64,000 bases of DNA from an uncultured Candidatus Saccharibacteria bacterium. Lineage in GTDB: Bacteria; Patescibacteriota; Minisyncoccia; Phycocordibacterales; CSBR16-119. Every line of letters starts with the position of its first letter. Positions within the stretch are counted from its first letter, which is position 1. Below are positions 29,020-38,190 of this stretch, piece by piece. The translations under genes and the position numbers were made by a program. Below the pieces are notes generated by a model. The model had not been told where the DNA came from and searched no databases. It saw only the letters and a program-made list of their open reading frames with translations. The stretch covers positions 18,116 through 82,115 of the forward strand of contig CAZBAG010000003.1 of NCBI GenBank assembly GCA_964490365.1, read 5' to 3'.

Positions 29020-29664
29020 ATGAAAAAACCAGACGATATTCTACTCATAGACAAACCAAAAGGAATTTCTTCTTTTGACGTTATTCGCATACTCAGAAAG
29101 AAATTAGGTATCAGAAAAATGGGACACGCTGGTACGCTTGATCCACTTGCAACTGGACTTATGATCATTGGTGTTGAATCTGGAACAAAAAAATTAAATG
29201 ACTATATAAAACTTGATAAAAGTTATACGGCAGATATTTTGTTTGGGAGAAAAACAACAACAGGGGACATGGAGGGGGAAATCGTGGAAGAAACACAGAT
29301 AGCTTTTGTTGAAGATGATTACTTGAAAGAACTCATGCATGCTTTTCACGGTGAATTTTTATTGTTGCCTCCAATCTATTCTGCAATTAAAAAAGATGGA
29401 AAGCCTTTGTATGCCTACGCAAGAAATGGGGAAGAGGTGAAAGTCGAACCAAGAAAAATGATTGTATATAAAAGTAAATTTTTAGGAAGTGAAAAAGTGC
29501 CAGAAGGATTTATTGCACGGGTCTCGTTCGATGTTGCGTCGGGCGTATACATACGATCTTTAGTAGAAAAAATAGGGGAACTTGTAGGTGTTCCCGCAAC
29601 TCTTTATGATCTCCGGAGAACAAAAATAGGGAAGTTTAGTGTGACAAAAGCCGAGAAACTATAG
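29020..29664 (+). CDS. truB: tRNA pseudouridine(55) synthase
   Basis: GHAGTLDPLATGLMIIG motif with the catalytic Asp. Confidence 0.9.
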   Translation: MKKPDDILLIDKPKGISSFDVIRILRKKLGIRKMGHAGTLDPLATGLMIIGVESGTKKLNDYIKLDKSYTADILFGRKTTTGDMEGEIVEETQIAFVEDDYLKELMHAFHGEFLLLPPIYSAIKKDGKPLYAYARNGEEVKVEPRKMIVYKSKFLGSEKVPEGFIARVSFDVASGVYIRSLVEKIGELVGVPATLYDLRRTKIGKFSVTKAEKL

Positions 29665-29780
29665 CCCAACATAAGGGTTTTTCAGCATGTTCGTGGCGTG
29701 CTCAAGATGCTTGACTTTTAAGTTATTTTATGCTATAAATAAAGAGAGGATAAACAAGTACCTTAACACCCCTACATACC

Positions 29781-30716
29781 ATGAAGAACCTCACACTCCT
29801 TGTTGTGATGCTTCTGTCATTTCTCTCTGGAGACGTGGCACAAGCACAGAATTACGAAGTTCGTTGGATAGACCGCATTGGTTCTAACAACGTAACGGTT
29901 GTTGCGGACTACGATAGCTTCAATGATCCAGTCTACCGTCGAGTATATCGAAACAACAGCACTGTCTTCTATCAACCCATCTGGGTTGCAATTGCAGAAG
30001 ATGTGTTGACTGGAAATGGTGTCGATACCATTGTTCTCAGTACTGGCGGCGATCTCTTGATCAAGATCCTTGATCAGAACTACATTGAGATGGAAGAATT
30101 TACCCATCGATTCCAGGAATCTGTGATCGCTGTACCAACAATGACCGTGCATGATGCGATCTATGGACAAGCACCCATGGTGAGCTTCCGCACTGACATA
30201 CATGCACCATATGGTTTGGGTCGCCCCTCTCAATATGTAACAAAGTTGCACTGCGAGCTGGAACGCACAAGCCCGGCTGGATACATGCAAACGGTTACGT
30301 TCACTTACCCTGTCAACATTGCACCCATTGCACATTTCGAACTCCCATTCCAATTCTTCGGTGATTACTGCTTCAGGTGGTATATCACTGATGAGCATGT
30401 GAGTTTGAATGAAGTACATTTCGGTGAGATTGAAGTTTGGAGTTCTGATCTCTATTGCTTCTCATACGGAAGTACTGGATTCCAGAGTGAAGGACTCAAG
30501 GCCGAGTTTGGCTCATTCCCAAATCCGTTTACCGATATCGTGACGATCACGTCACCATCTGAAACGGAGTACCGGGTTTCGAATCTCTCTGGGCAAACAG
30601 TGGCTTTCGGAAAGCTCTTCGTCGGCGACAATCGTATCGACGCGCTCTCCGGACTCACTCCTGGTATGTACATTCTTGAAACCAGCCTTGGTTCTACCAA
30701 GCTGATCAAGCAATAA
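29781..30716 (+). CDS. Secreted protein with a type IX secretion system (T9SS) type-A C-terminal sorting domain
   Basis: Signal peptide MKNLTLLVVMLLSFLSGDVAQAQ. The C-terminal 65 aa, FPNPFTDIVTITSPSETEYRVSNLSGQTVAFGKLFVGDNRIDALSGLTPGMYILETSLGSTKLIKQ, follows the Por-secretion CTD pattern. The gene has higher GC than the flanks. A strong terminator follows at 30722-30766. Confidence 0.7.
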   Translation: MKNLTLLVVMLLSFLSGDVAQAQNYEVRWIDRIGSNNVTVVADYDSFNDPVYRRVYRNNSTVFYQPIWVAIAEDVLTGNGVDTIVLSTGGDLLIKILDQNYIEMEEFTHRFQESVIAVPTMTVHDAIYGQAPMVSFRTDIHAPYGLGRPSQYVTKLHCELERTSPAGYMQTVTFTYPVNIAPIAHFELPFQFFGDYCFRWYITDEHVSLNEVHFGEIEVWSSDLYCFSYGSTGFQSEGLKAEFGSFPNPFTDIVTITSPSETEYRVSNLSGQTVAFGKLFVGDNRIDALSGLTPGMYILETSLGSTKLIKQ

Positions 30717-30809
30717 ACCCTTCTTCATGGGAGACCCCGCGACGCAATGCGTTCGCGGGGTTTTTCGTTGTATACTTATAAGCAGATGAACCTTTAAAAA
30801 CCTTGGAAT

Positions 30810-31613
30810 ATGAACACCAGATTTGTGCTTGCGCTCTCGTGTGTCGTTTTTTCAACGACTGTTCTTGCCCAAGATGTTCTCAATATGAGGACAGGTTTTG
30901 TGCCAAATGTCTTGGATAGTAACAACTTTTACTATTCTGTAAGCTTTTCGTACATTGTCCCCAAAAAGGAGGCAACAACGTTTCAGAAAAGTCGTTTGCG
31001 TGAAGATGCAATACAAGGAAATCGTCTGACAAAGGCAAAGATGGAAATGGTTTTGTTTCCTCTCACGAAATACAAACAAGACATTCACCCGCACTTATTT
31101 GTGCGCCTCGACATGATTCCTTCGAGTTATCTGTCGTCTCGATTTGGCGCTGGGGTATCGAGTAAAAAGCTTCAATCCAGCCTTGGCGTGTTTTACGGAA
31201 CGTATTATCGTAGGGTTCCGTATGAATCAAATTTCATCACAAGGCGAAAGCGGTCATTCGAGAACTACAACCTTACAGGAGTATACCTTCAATCTTCAAG
31301 TGTCGATGCAAACTTTTTCTTTGCTCTCGCTCTTGAAAAGACGCACACCTTTATCTCAGCACGTGTTGGGATTGTGGCAGGAAATTTCTTATGTCTTGGT
31401 GAAGCTGGTTCGCGACTTCGCACCCTTGAAGGCGTTATGCACTACGAAACACTTTCTGGTTTCGGTCTTGGCGCAGCGGTTGCACCATTTGATGGAATGA
31501 GATTTGAAACACTCTGGGTGGTACCAGATCCTCGTGATGTTGAGGAGCAGGCACGGCTTCAAACCAAACTTACCAGAGGAGTTTTGGTAAGTGTGTCATA
31601 TTTCGTGAACTGA
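30810..31613 (+). CDS. Secreted hypothetical protein with a Gram-negative-style signal peptide (MNTRFVLALSCVVFSTTVLAQ)
   Basis: A 267-aa protein in the same higher-GC block as the T9SS-CTD gene. A terminator follows at 31617-31652. Confidence 0.5.
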   Translation: MNTRFVLALSCVVFSTTVLAQDVLNMRTGFVPNVLDSNNFYYSVSFSYIVPKKEATTFQKSRLREDAIQGNRLTKAKMEMVLFPLTKYKQDIHPHLFVRLDMIPSSYLSSRFGAGVSSKKLQSSLGVFYGTYYRRVPYESNFITRRKRSFENYNLTGVYLQSSSVDANFFFALALEKTHTFISARVGIVAGNFLCLGEAGSRLRTLEGVMHYETLSGFGLGAAVAPFDGMRFETLWVVPDPRDVEEQARLQTKLTRGVLVSVSYFVN

Positions 31614-31647
31614 TTCATCAGATCGAAGGCTTCGCCTTCGATCTTTT

Positions 31648-33207
31648 TTATAATCCAAGATTTCTTCGTATTTTTCGGATAGTAAGTGCTCTTGTTATGA
31701 TGATGATAAGTCCGATAATCAAGAGTGCTCCAAGCGCTATTATTTCTACTCCAAGAGAATCAATGATCGAATCAAAAGGAATGATACTATTGCTTTTTAT
31801 TTTCACTTCTACTGGCACAGACCACTCACTTTGAGCACCTCGTCCATCTGATACTCTAAATGATACAAATACTGTACCTTTTCTTAGGTCTTTTTGTTCA
31901 AACGTAAATTTACCACTGGCACTTTGGAATTCATCTTGGATGAGGAAATTGTTTTTCTTGCTGGTTAATTTTGCTTCGACATTACCATTCGGAATAGTTT
32001 CTCCTTTAATAATAAGTGTGTCCCCAACCATAATTTCCGCAGGGTATGAAGTTACTTTTGGTACTTCTAGAGCTTCTACGATAATAGGTAGGAACGTTTC
32101 ATTTTTATTACCAGCTCGGTCGTATGCCGTGATAACAAGCTCGTGTTCCCCTGGATTAATAGTTTCAAGTTTCAGATCACCAGACGGCAACGTTTCGTAA
32201 TCTAATTTTTCGTTGTTTATTGAAAGTTCAAAATTCTTTACACATGAAGTCGTGTCTTTCACGCTAAGAGAAATAACTGGTTTTGGATCGGTGAGATCTG
32301 ACCTCTTTATTTCCCGTGCCTCTATACTTGGCGGCGTGTGATCAATTTTGATCTTGAAATGTTCTGTTTCTGTCCATCCTGAGTTGTTTTGCAGAGACAA
32401 GTGGAAATACCATGTTCCATCTTCTACATTTTCATATCGTTTCTCTACAATTGCAGGACTGTTGATTGTTGTGGGTTCTGTTGTCGGATTTTTGTCAAAA
32501 GCTATCTTACTTGCAAGAATATCTTGGCCTATATCCCATGAAAAGGCGGCCGTGTTTTCTCTTCGCCAGACAACACCTGGGTGCGTGCTCGATGTAATAA
32601 TTGAATCTGCTTCACACACTTCTTCTTGTGTCACAATGGTTTCTTCTGAAGGTTTTAATTCTTCCAGATCAATGACTTCTGGTTCTTGCTTTGTAACTTC
32701 CGTGATCGTGAACGATGCATCACTGACACTTGTGAGAACATTGGTGCCGACACCATCATTTGCAAGAACTGAAGATGAAGCAATTTTCACTTGTGCAAGC
32801 CCAGTAGCTTTACCTTTAAATGTAACAGTAGCGAGTCTACCAGAAGCCCCCTTGTATCCTGGAGTTAGTACGACGCCCTCAAGTTTAATTTCTCCTGTAC
32901 TGTTTGAAAATGTCGGTTCTTGAGCCCAGAAGTCTACGATAGAACCGGTTTTTGAAATAGATACTACTTGAAGTGTAGTGGTAGGAAAGGTGATACGAAG
33001 AGCTGCGGCATTCATTGCTTGCTCTGTGCTCGATACGTTGATATTTACAGAGAAGTTGCTGTTTTGGGCATATGAACCACTCGACGGCGAAAGGTTAAGT
33101 GTTGCAGCGAACACCCCAAATGGATAGGTAAGTATTGTTATGGCGATAAAAATACCTAAGAAACCCGTTCTTTGATTTTTCTGAATTCTTTTGACTGTTT
33201 TCTCCAT
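31648..33207 (-). CDS. Cohesin-domain cell-surface protein with a C-terminal membrane anchor
   Basis: Probable start MEKTV at 33207. The N-terminal domain NSNFSVNINVSS...AALRITFPTTTLQVVSISKTGSIV...GRLATVTFKGKATGLAQVKI reads as a cohesin module. Ig-like repeats follow. The C-terminal transmembrane segment is IIALGALLIIGLIIIIT with a basic tail. Confidence 0.6.
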   Translation of the reverse strand: MEKTVKRIQKNQRTGFLGIFIAITILTYPFGVFAATLNLSPSSGSYAQNSNFSVNINVSSTEQAMNAAALRITFPTTTLQVVSISKTGSIVDFWAQEPTFSNSTGEIKLEGVVLTPGYKGASGRLATVTFKGKATGLAQVKIASSSVLANDGVGTNVLTSVSDASFTITEVTKQEPEVIDLEELKPSEETIVTQEEVCEADSIITSSTHPGVVWRRENTAAFSWDIGQDILASKIAFDKNPTTEPTTINSPAIVEKRYENVEDGTWYFHLSLQNNSGWTETEHFKIKIDHTPPSIEAREIKRSDLTDPKPVISLSVKDTTSCVKNFELSINNEKLDYETLPSGDLKLETINPGEHELVITAYDRAGNKNETFLPIIVEALEVPKVTSYPAEIMVGDTLIIKGETIPNGNVEAKLTSKKNNFLIQDEFQSASGKFTFEQKDLRKGTVFVSFRVSDGRGAQSEWSVPVEVKIKSNSIIPFDSIIDSLGVEIIALGALLIIGLIIIITRALTIRKIRRNLGL

Positions 33208-34049
33208 ATAACTAAGAAGAGTACAAAAATGAGCGCTAATGTTACGATAAGAATTTTTTGGTTTACACATTGTGCGCCAAAGCATGCGCTATTTGGAATA
33301 TCTACTCGAACTACTCGCTCATTTCCATAGTAGTCTTTTGCTTTAACATATATTTTCTCATTAATTTTTTGGTTTTTCAATATATATGGACTCTCTGCCT
33401 GTTCAAAAAGTTTTTTACCTTCTAACACAGAATAGCTTCGTATGCCAGAGCCCTTATCAATTGCTTCAAAGACAAGTACATACTTGTTATTTGCAATGGT
33501 TGGATCTTTTACTAACAGTGCGTCAAATTGTTCGGGTGGAGTAGTATCTGTCCATGTTAGTTTACTTGGTACTTCGCCGGGCAACAGGCTTCTTACTGGG
33601 ATTTCTTTGTCTTGTGTGTTCAGCGTCTCTTCTGTGCCAAGTCCATTATTTTTAAATATTGATATATTTTTCAGCTCGACAGGGAAGACGCCCGCTTCTT
33701 TTGGAACGATAACAAGTTCAAAAAGAGTACCACTGCCTTGTAATCCACCAGCAATAATTCCTGCAAATGAGATAGTGTTTGTTTTTGATTTGCTCGGATT
33801 TTCAATCCATGCAGAGATCACAGAATTCCTAGTGATGATCTGTATGATCTCAAAAGATGGATCAACAGAAAGTGTTCCGGATACAGCATTGTACGACTCC
33901 AATTCTGTTTGAAAGTTTATTTCGAGAAGTAACTCGTCTCCAACTTTTTGATTGGCAGGTCCAGAGTTTTTTTGCTGTAGCGTAAGAGAACCCGCCAAGG
34001 CTGTGTTGGTTGTGAGTAGAAAAATAAGAATGTAAATGAAATATTTCAT
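33156..34049 (-). CDS. Second cohesin-domain protein with a signal peptide and C-terminal membrane anchor
   Basis: VGDELLLEINFQTELESYNAVSGTLSVDPSFEIIQI...GSGTLFELVIVPKEAGVFPVELKNISIF follows the cohesin pattern. C-terminal transmembrane segment ILIVTLALIFVLFLVIW. Confidence 0.6.
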   Translation of the reverse strand: MKYFIYILIFLLTTNTALAGSLTLQQKNSGPANQKVGDELLLEINFQTELESYNAVSGTLSVDPSFEIIQIITRNSVISAWIENPSKSKTNTISFAGIIAGGLQGSGTLFELVIVPKEAGVFPVELKNISIFKNNGLGTEETLNTQDKEIPVRSLLPGEVPSKLTWTDTTPPEQFDALLVKDPTIANNKYVLVFEAIDKGSGIRSYSVLEGKKLFEQAESPYILKNQKINEKIYVKAKDYYGNERVVRVDIPNSACFGAQCVNQKILIVTLALIFVLFLVIWRKQSKEFRKIKERVS

Positions 34050-34055
34050 ATGTGA

Positions 34056-35090
34056 TTATCCTGTCCAATGGAAAGCAAGAATACTAAAATCAACCAAGTT
34101 TATTTTTCCATCACCGTTGAGGCATGAAGTTTCTTTGATAATAATTTCTCCAGATAATGGTTTGTTAAACCAAAAGGCTGCGATAGAGAAGTCGATCAAA
34201 TCGATTCGACTATCATCGTTGAGGTCTGCTGTGCAGGATGAGGCTCCTGGAACTTTGAGAATATTTTGATCTCCCACTTGAAAGGCAACTCGTTTTCCGA
34301 ATCCACTCGATTCTCCTGTGGTCAGGTTTGTTTTTGATCGACCGCTGTGTGAACCTTCTTCAAGTGGAGCAGAGTTAAAATTGTACAGATACACACCATC
34401 TTCATCTGATGTTGCGTTGACGAATACCTGTGTCTCTGAGTTTACTTCAATCGTAACGTTACTTTCTGGAACGGTCTGTCCAAAAATCACAATATCATCC
34501 CCTCTCTTTACTTCAGATTTATCAACATCGATAGTTGGCGAGAGAAAGATTCCCGTAACATCGGTGGTTGAACCCTGGGTGATAAATACAGGGAAGGAGA
34601 ATGGATTTGACTCCACATTATTTTCATCACGACTTTTAACGGTGAAGTTATAGTTTCCAGGATTGAGGTCAAGAAGGTTTACTCGGAAACGAGCGTCCGG
34701 GCCAGCAATTGTTTCAACTGCAATAACACCATCTTTTAAAATCGTGACTCTGGAAAGAGGGTAGGCACGACCAGAAAAGGTAACACCTGTGTCTGGCGGG
34801 CGTGATCCTCCACCACCTCCGCCTCCACCACCACTCGAAGAATTTGATTCGCTATCATCGGTATATGAAGAGCAACCTGGGTCGTTAGGAAAGTCTATGA
34901 GTGTATCAGAGTCATTGTCTTGCCCGTCGAAACATTGTGGGGCGGGAACGATTGTGATCGTAAAGTTCGATGTTTCATCAGATTGTAGTTGTGTCGCCTG
35001 TATAAAGAAAAAGTATACGAAGCCACCAACCAATAGAGTCGCTAGTAGATAGAGTAATTTTTTTGCTAAAACTGTCATATTAACTTGCAA
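34056..35090 (-). CDS. Dockerin-domain protein (N-terminal anchor, poly-Gly linker, Ig-like domain, C-terminal dockerin)
   Basis: Two calcium-binding dockerin repeats: DLNDDSRIDLIDFSIAAF and NGDGKINLVDFSILAF. A GGGGGGGGG linker is present. Confidence 0.65.
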   Translation of the reverse strand: MQVNMTVLAKKLLYLLATLLVGGFVYFFFIQATQLQSDETSNFTITIVPAPQCFDGQDNDSDTLIDFPNDPGCSSYTDDSESNSSSGGGGGGGGGSRPPDTGVTFSGRAYPLSRVTILKDGVIAVETIAGPDARFRVNLLDLNPGNYNFTVKSRDENNVESNPFSFPVFITQGSTTDVTGIFLSPTIDVDKSEVKRGDDIVIFGQTVPESNVTIEVNSETQVFVNATSDEDGVYLYNFNSAPLEEGSHSGRSKTNLTTGESSGFGKRVAFQVGDQNILKVPGASSCTADLNDDSRIDLIDFSIAAFWFNKPLSGEIIIKETSCLNGDGKINLVDFSILAFHWTG

Positions 35091-37467
35091 TGATTGAAAG
35101 TGTCATGTTAATAGAGTAACTATCAGCAGGTTGCTCAGCTGGAATTGTCTGAGATATTCCAATACCTGTAATATCCCAATAACAGTTTGTATCTGCACCA
35201 CTTGCTGCGCTCGCTAAGGTGATCGCATCTGTTACTCCTTCGCTATATGAACTACTACTTCCGCTAGAAATATTAGTGAGTGTACATCCACCTTCTGGAG
35301 TAATCGTGCTTGCCCCAGGGTTGAGTGTCATACGTCCACCGAGTGAATCCGCGTCACCACCATCTCCAGCGTTTGCTGTGGGGTCATTGAAATCATAGTC
35401 TGTGGTTCCATTCCAAAAAGCAGTTGCACCAGCGTCTGCAGCGAGTGATAGTGTCCATGTGGCTGTCCCTGTTCCATTATCAACTCTTACTTTCTGAGAA
35501 GTTGTTCCAAAAGTACCCGTGGCAGTTTGATGCACAAAAGATACGTTTGCCCCGTTCATGCCAACAGAAGGTGATCCAACCGTAGTGCCACCAGCATCAA
35601 CAATGTCGACAGACAAAGCTCCTCCTGCAGATGTTGTTATTTCAGGAATAACAGAATATGTATCAAGTAATGTTCCACCTGACTCTACAACTCGAAAACA
35701 ATACGAGGTGTTTGCGGGCGCACCATTATCGATAAGTGAAAAATCCCATTTTCCGTCTTGTCCGGTGTTAATTGTAGAGACGGAGTTAGTGAAGTTGTTT
35801 AATTCTTCGTAGTCTTGATTAACAATCGTGTCTGCGCTGTGTGTTGGATCATTTGCGTTTGAGGTAAGGTTGTCTCCATCAGTAGGAGATGCGTTATTGT
35901 TATATGCTATAGCGGTGGCGCCCGTTACATCTGCATAGGTTTCTCCAGAAAATCCAGTGTCACATGTTCCAGATTTTTGTGCAAACTGTAACTTAAAATT
36001 TTTACCACTTGTTGTTAGGTTTGCATTTGAAATATGAAGGAGGAGTCGTAATCGAAAAGCTCCACCAGTTACGCTGATGGTTCCTGCAGTATCTTGTGAT
36101 GCAAGAGCAGTTCCTACGTCAGTTGAGTCGTTGTTTGCAAAAAATCGATAGGCGGATTGTTCTGTAGCGCTCGCTGGTAGTGTAAACAGAAATGTCGTAG
36201 CGTTATATGTTACGTTACCCGTACCCGTCCCCCCAGCAGTAACAAGACTTCTAATGGCAATTGTGTCAGTACTCGTTATTGTGTCAGTGTTTGTCGTGTC
36301 TTGAAACCATCCTGTTGTACCCTGGAGATTGGTAATATCGTTATTTCCATTTGTACCACTAATACGCATACGGATACTCATATCTCGGTTAGATGCATTG
36401 GCAGATACATAGATACCAAACTTTGATACTTCCCCTACTGAACCGATAAACATTTTCTGTTGTGTTTCTGTTGATGTGTTTGTGCCCAAACCACCAATCG
36501 GCGATATCCATATAGATGATGCTGTTGAGGAACGAGTGAAAGCAGATGCACCTAAGAACGTTATTTGTTGTGGGTTATCTGAAACCAAAGTGATTTGAAA
36601 GTTTCTAATGTTAATATTTCCACCAGATCCAAGGGTGGAAAAAGAGAAGTTTACTAAATCACCCGCTGTTATTGAGTCAGTATTGCTCGTGTCTCGTAAA
36701 AGTCCCGAGACGCCGCTCCCAAATACGACCGACTGGTTTCCATTTCCAGCGTTTTTACGAAAACGAAACGTTGTGTTTGTTGTTCTGGCATTAGCGGAAA
36801 CATACGCTCCAAAGTTTGAAGCCACCGAACCATGATTAATCATATTTTGCACGATAGGCTCTGTTGTTGATGAAAGAAGGTTTCCAACAGGGTATGTGTA
36901 TCGTGTGGTATTGTTGGTTGCAAAACTCGCAAGAGCAGAAGCAGCCATCAAGAATTGTGTTGTACTTCCATCGCTTGCTTCAAAGAAAATTGTTACCGAG
37001 TTTAATGTAATAGTACCAGCTGTATAGGTGATTTGCATATTAATCAAATCACCCGCCGAAACACTATCAGAGTTTGTCGTATCTTGAAAAAGACCTGTTA
37101 GGGTTGAACCAATGGTGACAGTATTATTTCCATCTGCTCCATTTTTGCGAAACTTTACGGTTGTGTCTCCTGTTGCATTTGCCGCAGCAACAAGGACGGA
37201 TAGTCCTGTAAACGTACCAGCTTTCGGTACATAGAACTGAACCTCTGCTTCTGTTGCTGTTGCAGTGGCACGAGCATGTACAATAGGGTAGTAGTTAGCA
37301 CCTATCGTACTAGCCCCGTTAAATGATACGACATGAGGAACTTTGTATCCTCCTGTAGCCTTGACCTCTTTTGGAATTATAAGAAGAGGGTAAAATATTA
37401 ATACAATAGTTAAAAAAATAACTTGAATTTTTTTTAAAGAAAATAACTTTTTCAATTTAGTAGTCAT
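35080..37467 (-). CDS. Large Thr/Asn/Gly-rich surface protein with about 60-aa internal repeats and a C-terminal domain shared with the 39416-40117 protein
   Basis: N-terminal anchor. At least three repeats of the form (F/I)R(F/M)RKNG.(N/D)GN..V..G....GL(F/L).DT.N.D..(S/T)AGDL.N. The C-terminal 150 aa ends ...QTIPAEQPADSYSINMTLSIIAS. Confidence 0.6.
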   Translation of the reverse strand: MTTKLKKLFSLKKIQVIFLTIVLIFYPLLIIPKEVKATGGYKVPHVVSFNGASTIGANYYPIVHARATATATEAEVQFYVPKAGTFTGLSVLVAAANATGDTTVKFRKNGADGNNTVTIGSTLTGLFQDTTNSDSVSAGDLINMQITYTAGTITLNSVTIFFEASDGSTTQFLMAASALASFATNNTTRYTYPVGNLLSSTTEPIVQNMINHGSVASNFGAYVSANARTTNTTFRFRKNAGNGNQSVVFGSGVSGLLRDTSNTDSITAGDLVNFSFSTLGSGGNINIRNFQITLVSDNPQQITFLGASAFTRSSTASSIWISPIGGLGTNTSTETQQKMFIGSVGEVSKFGIYVSANASNRDMSIRMRISGTNGNNDITNLQGTTGWFQDTTNTDTITSTDTIAIRSLVTAGGTGTGNVTYNATTFLFTLPASATEQSAYRFFANNDSTDVGTALASQDTAGTISVTGGAFRLRLLLHISNANLTTSGKNFKLQFAQKSGTCDTGFSGETYADVTGATAIAYNNNASPTDGDNLTSNANDPTHSADTIVNQDYEELNNFTNSVSTINTGQDGKWDFSLIDNGAPANTSYCFRVVESGGTLLDTYSVIPEITTSAGGALSVDIVDAGGTTVGSPSVGMNGANVSFVHQTATGTFGTTSQKVRVDNGTGTATWTLSLAADAGATAFWNGTTDYDFNDPTANAGDGGDADSLGGRMTLNPGASTITPEGGCTLTNISSGSSSSYSEGVTDAITLASAASGADTNCYWDITGIGISQTIPAEQPADSYSINMTLSIIAS

Positions 37468-38159
37468 TAGTTAACAATGTTTATTTGACAGATTGCAGTA
37501 GAGGTTTTTTCTGGATTTTTTAAAGTATATAGAATTGGTATGTTAAAAGAACCTTGTTGTGCACCATTTTGCTTGGACACCAAAACCAATACAGAAGATT
37601 CTTTCTGTTCAATTGTTTTTGTGTATGATCCAGTAGCAACTATTTTTACATTAATACCATCTGGGAGACTTCCAATTTCTAAGTTCTCAACACCTGGCTG
37701 GTTTGCCTTGGTAAGCATAATACTCACTTGCGTTGTACCGTTTCCAAGATCTGTAGAAAAGTCAGAAAGTGTGCATGAGTGTGTTGCGTTCGGATCAATA
37801 ACTATTTTTCTTGTAACTTGTCTTTCAGATAGATTTGGTATTGTAGCTGGTCGCCAAATAACCTTAGGTTCTTCTATAATTGGCTCAACAATAGCATCTC
37901 CCAGGGCCTCAAGTTCTCTATCTGTCGGTAATTCCTCAACCCCTTCGTTGGTTGACTCAGGTTGACTTTCGTCTGTGTTACTAGAAGTTTCAACACTATT
38001 TTCTATCTGTTCTCTTGGCACAAGAATTTCAGAAGATGGTTCATTCTCTGAAGTCTCAACCTCGTTATTTGGCACTTCTTGAGAATATGAAATATGCGTT
38101 GTCAGTATGAACATTGTCACTATACCTATTTTAAACAAGTGATTTTTCATGTTATGCAT
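37467..38159 (-). CDS. Secreted acidic protein, hypothetical
   Basis: Signal peptide and a Glu/Ser-rich linker. No family was recognised. Confidence 0.45.
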   Translation of the reverse strand: MHNMKNHLFKIGIVTMFILTTHISYSQEVPNNEVETSENEPSSEILVPREQIENSVETSSNTDESQPESTNEGVEELPTDRELEALGDAIVEPIIEEPKVIWRPATIPNLSERQVTRKIVIDPNATHSCTLSDFSTDLGNGTTQVSIMLTKANQPGVENLEIGSLPDGINVKIVATGSYTKTIEQKESSVLVLVSKQNGAQQGSFNIPILYTLKNPEKTSTAICQINIVN

Positions 38160-38190
38160 AGTATATCAATAATAATAAACGAAAATATAG

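Noticed and set aside
29687-29887. 66-aa ORF overlapping the start of the T9SS-CTD protein gene
   Set aside because: It overlaps the signal-peptide region of a much better-supported gene in another frame and has no start context of its own.
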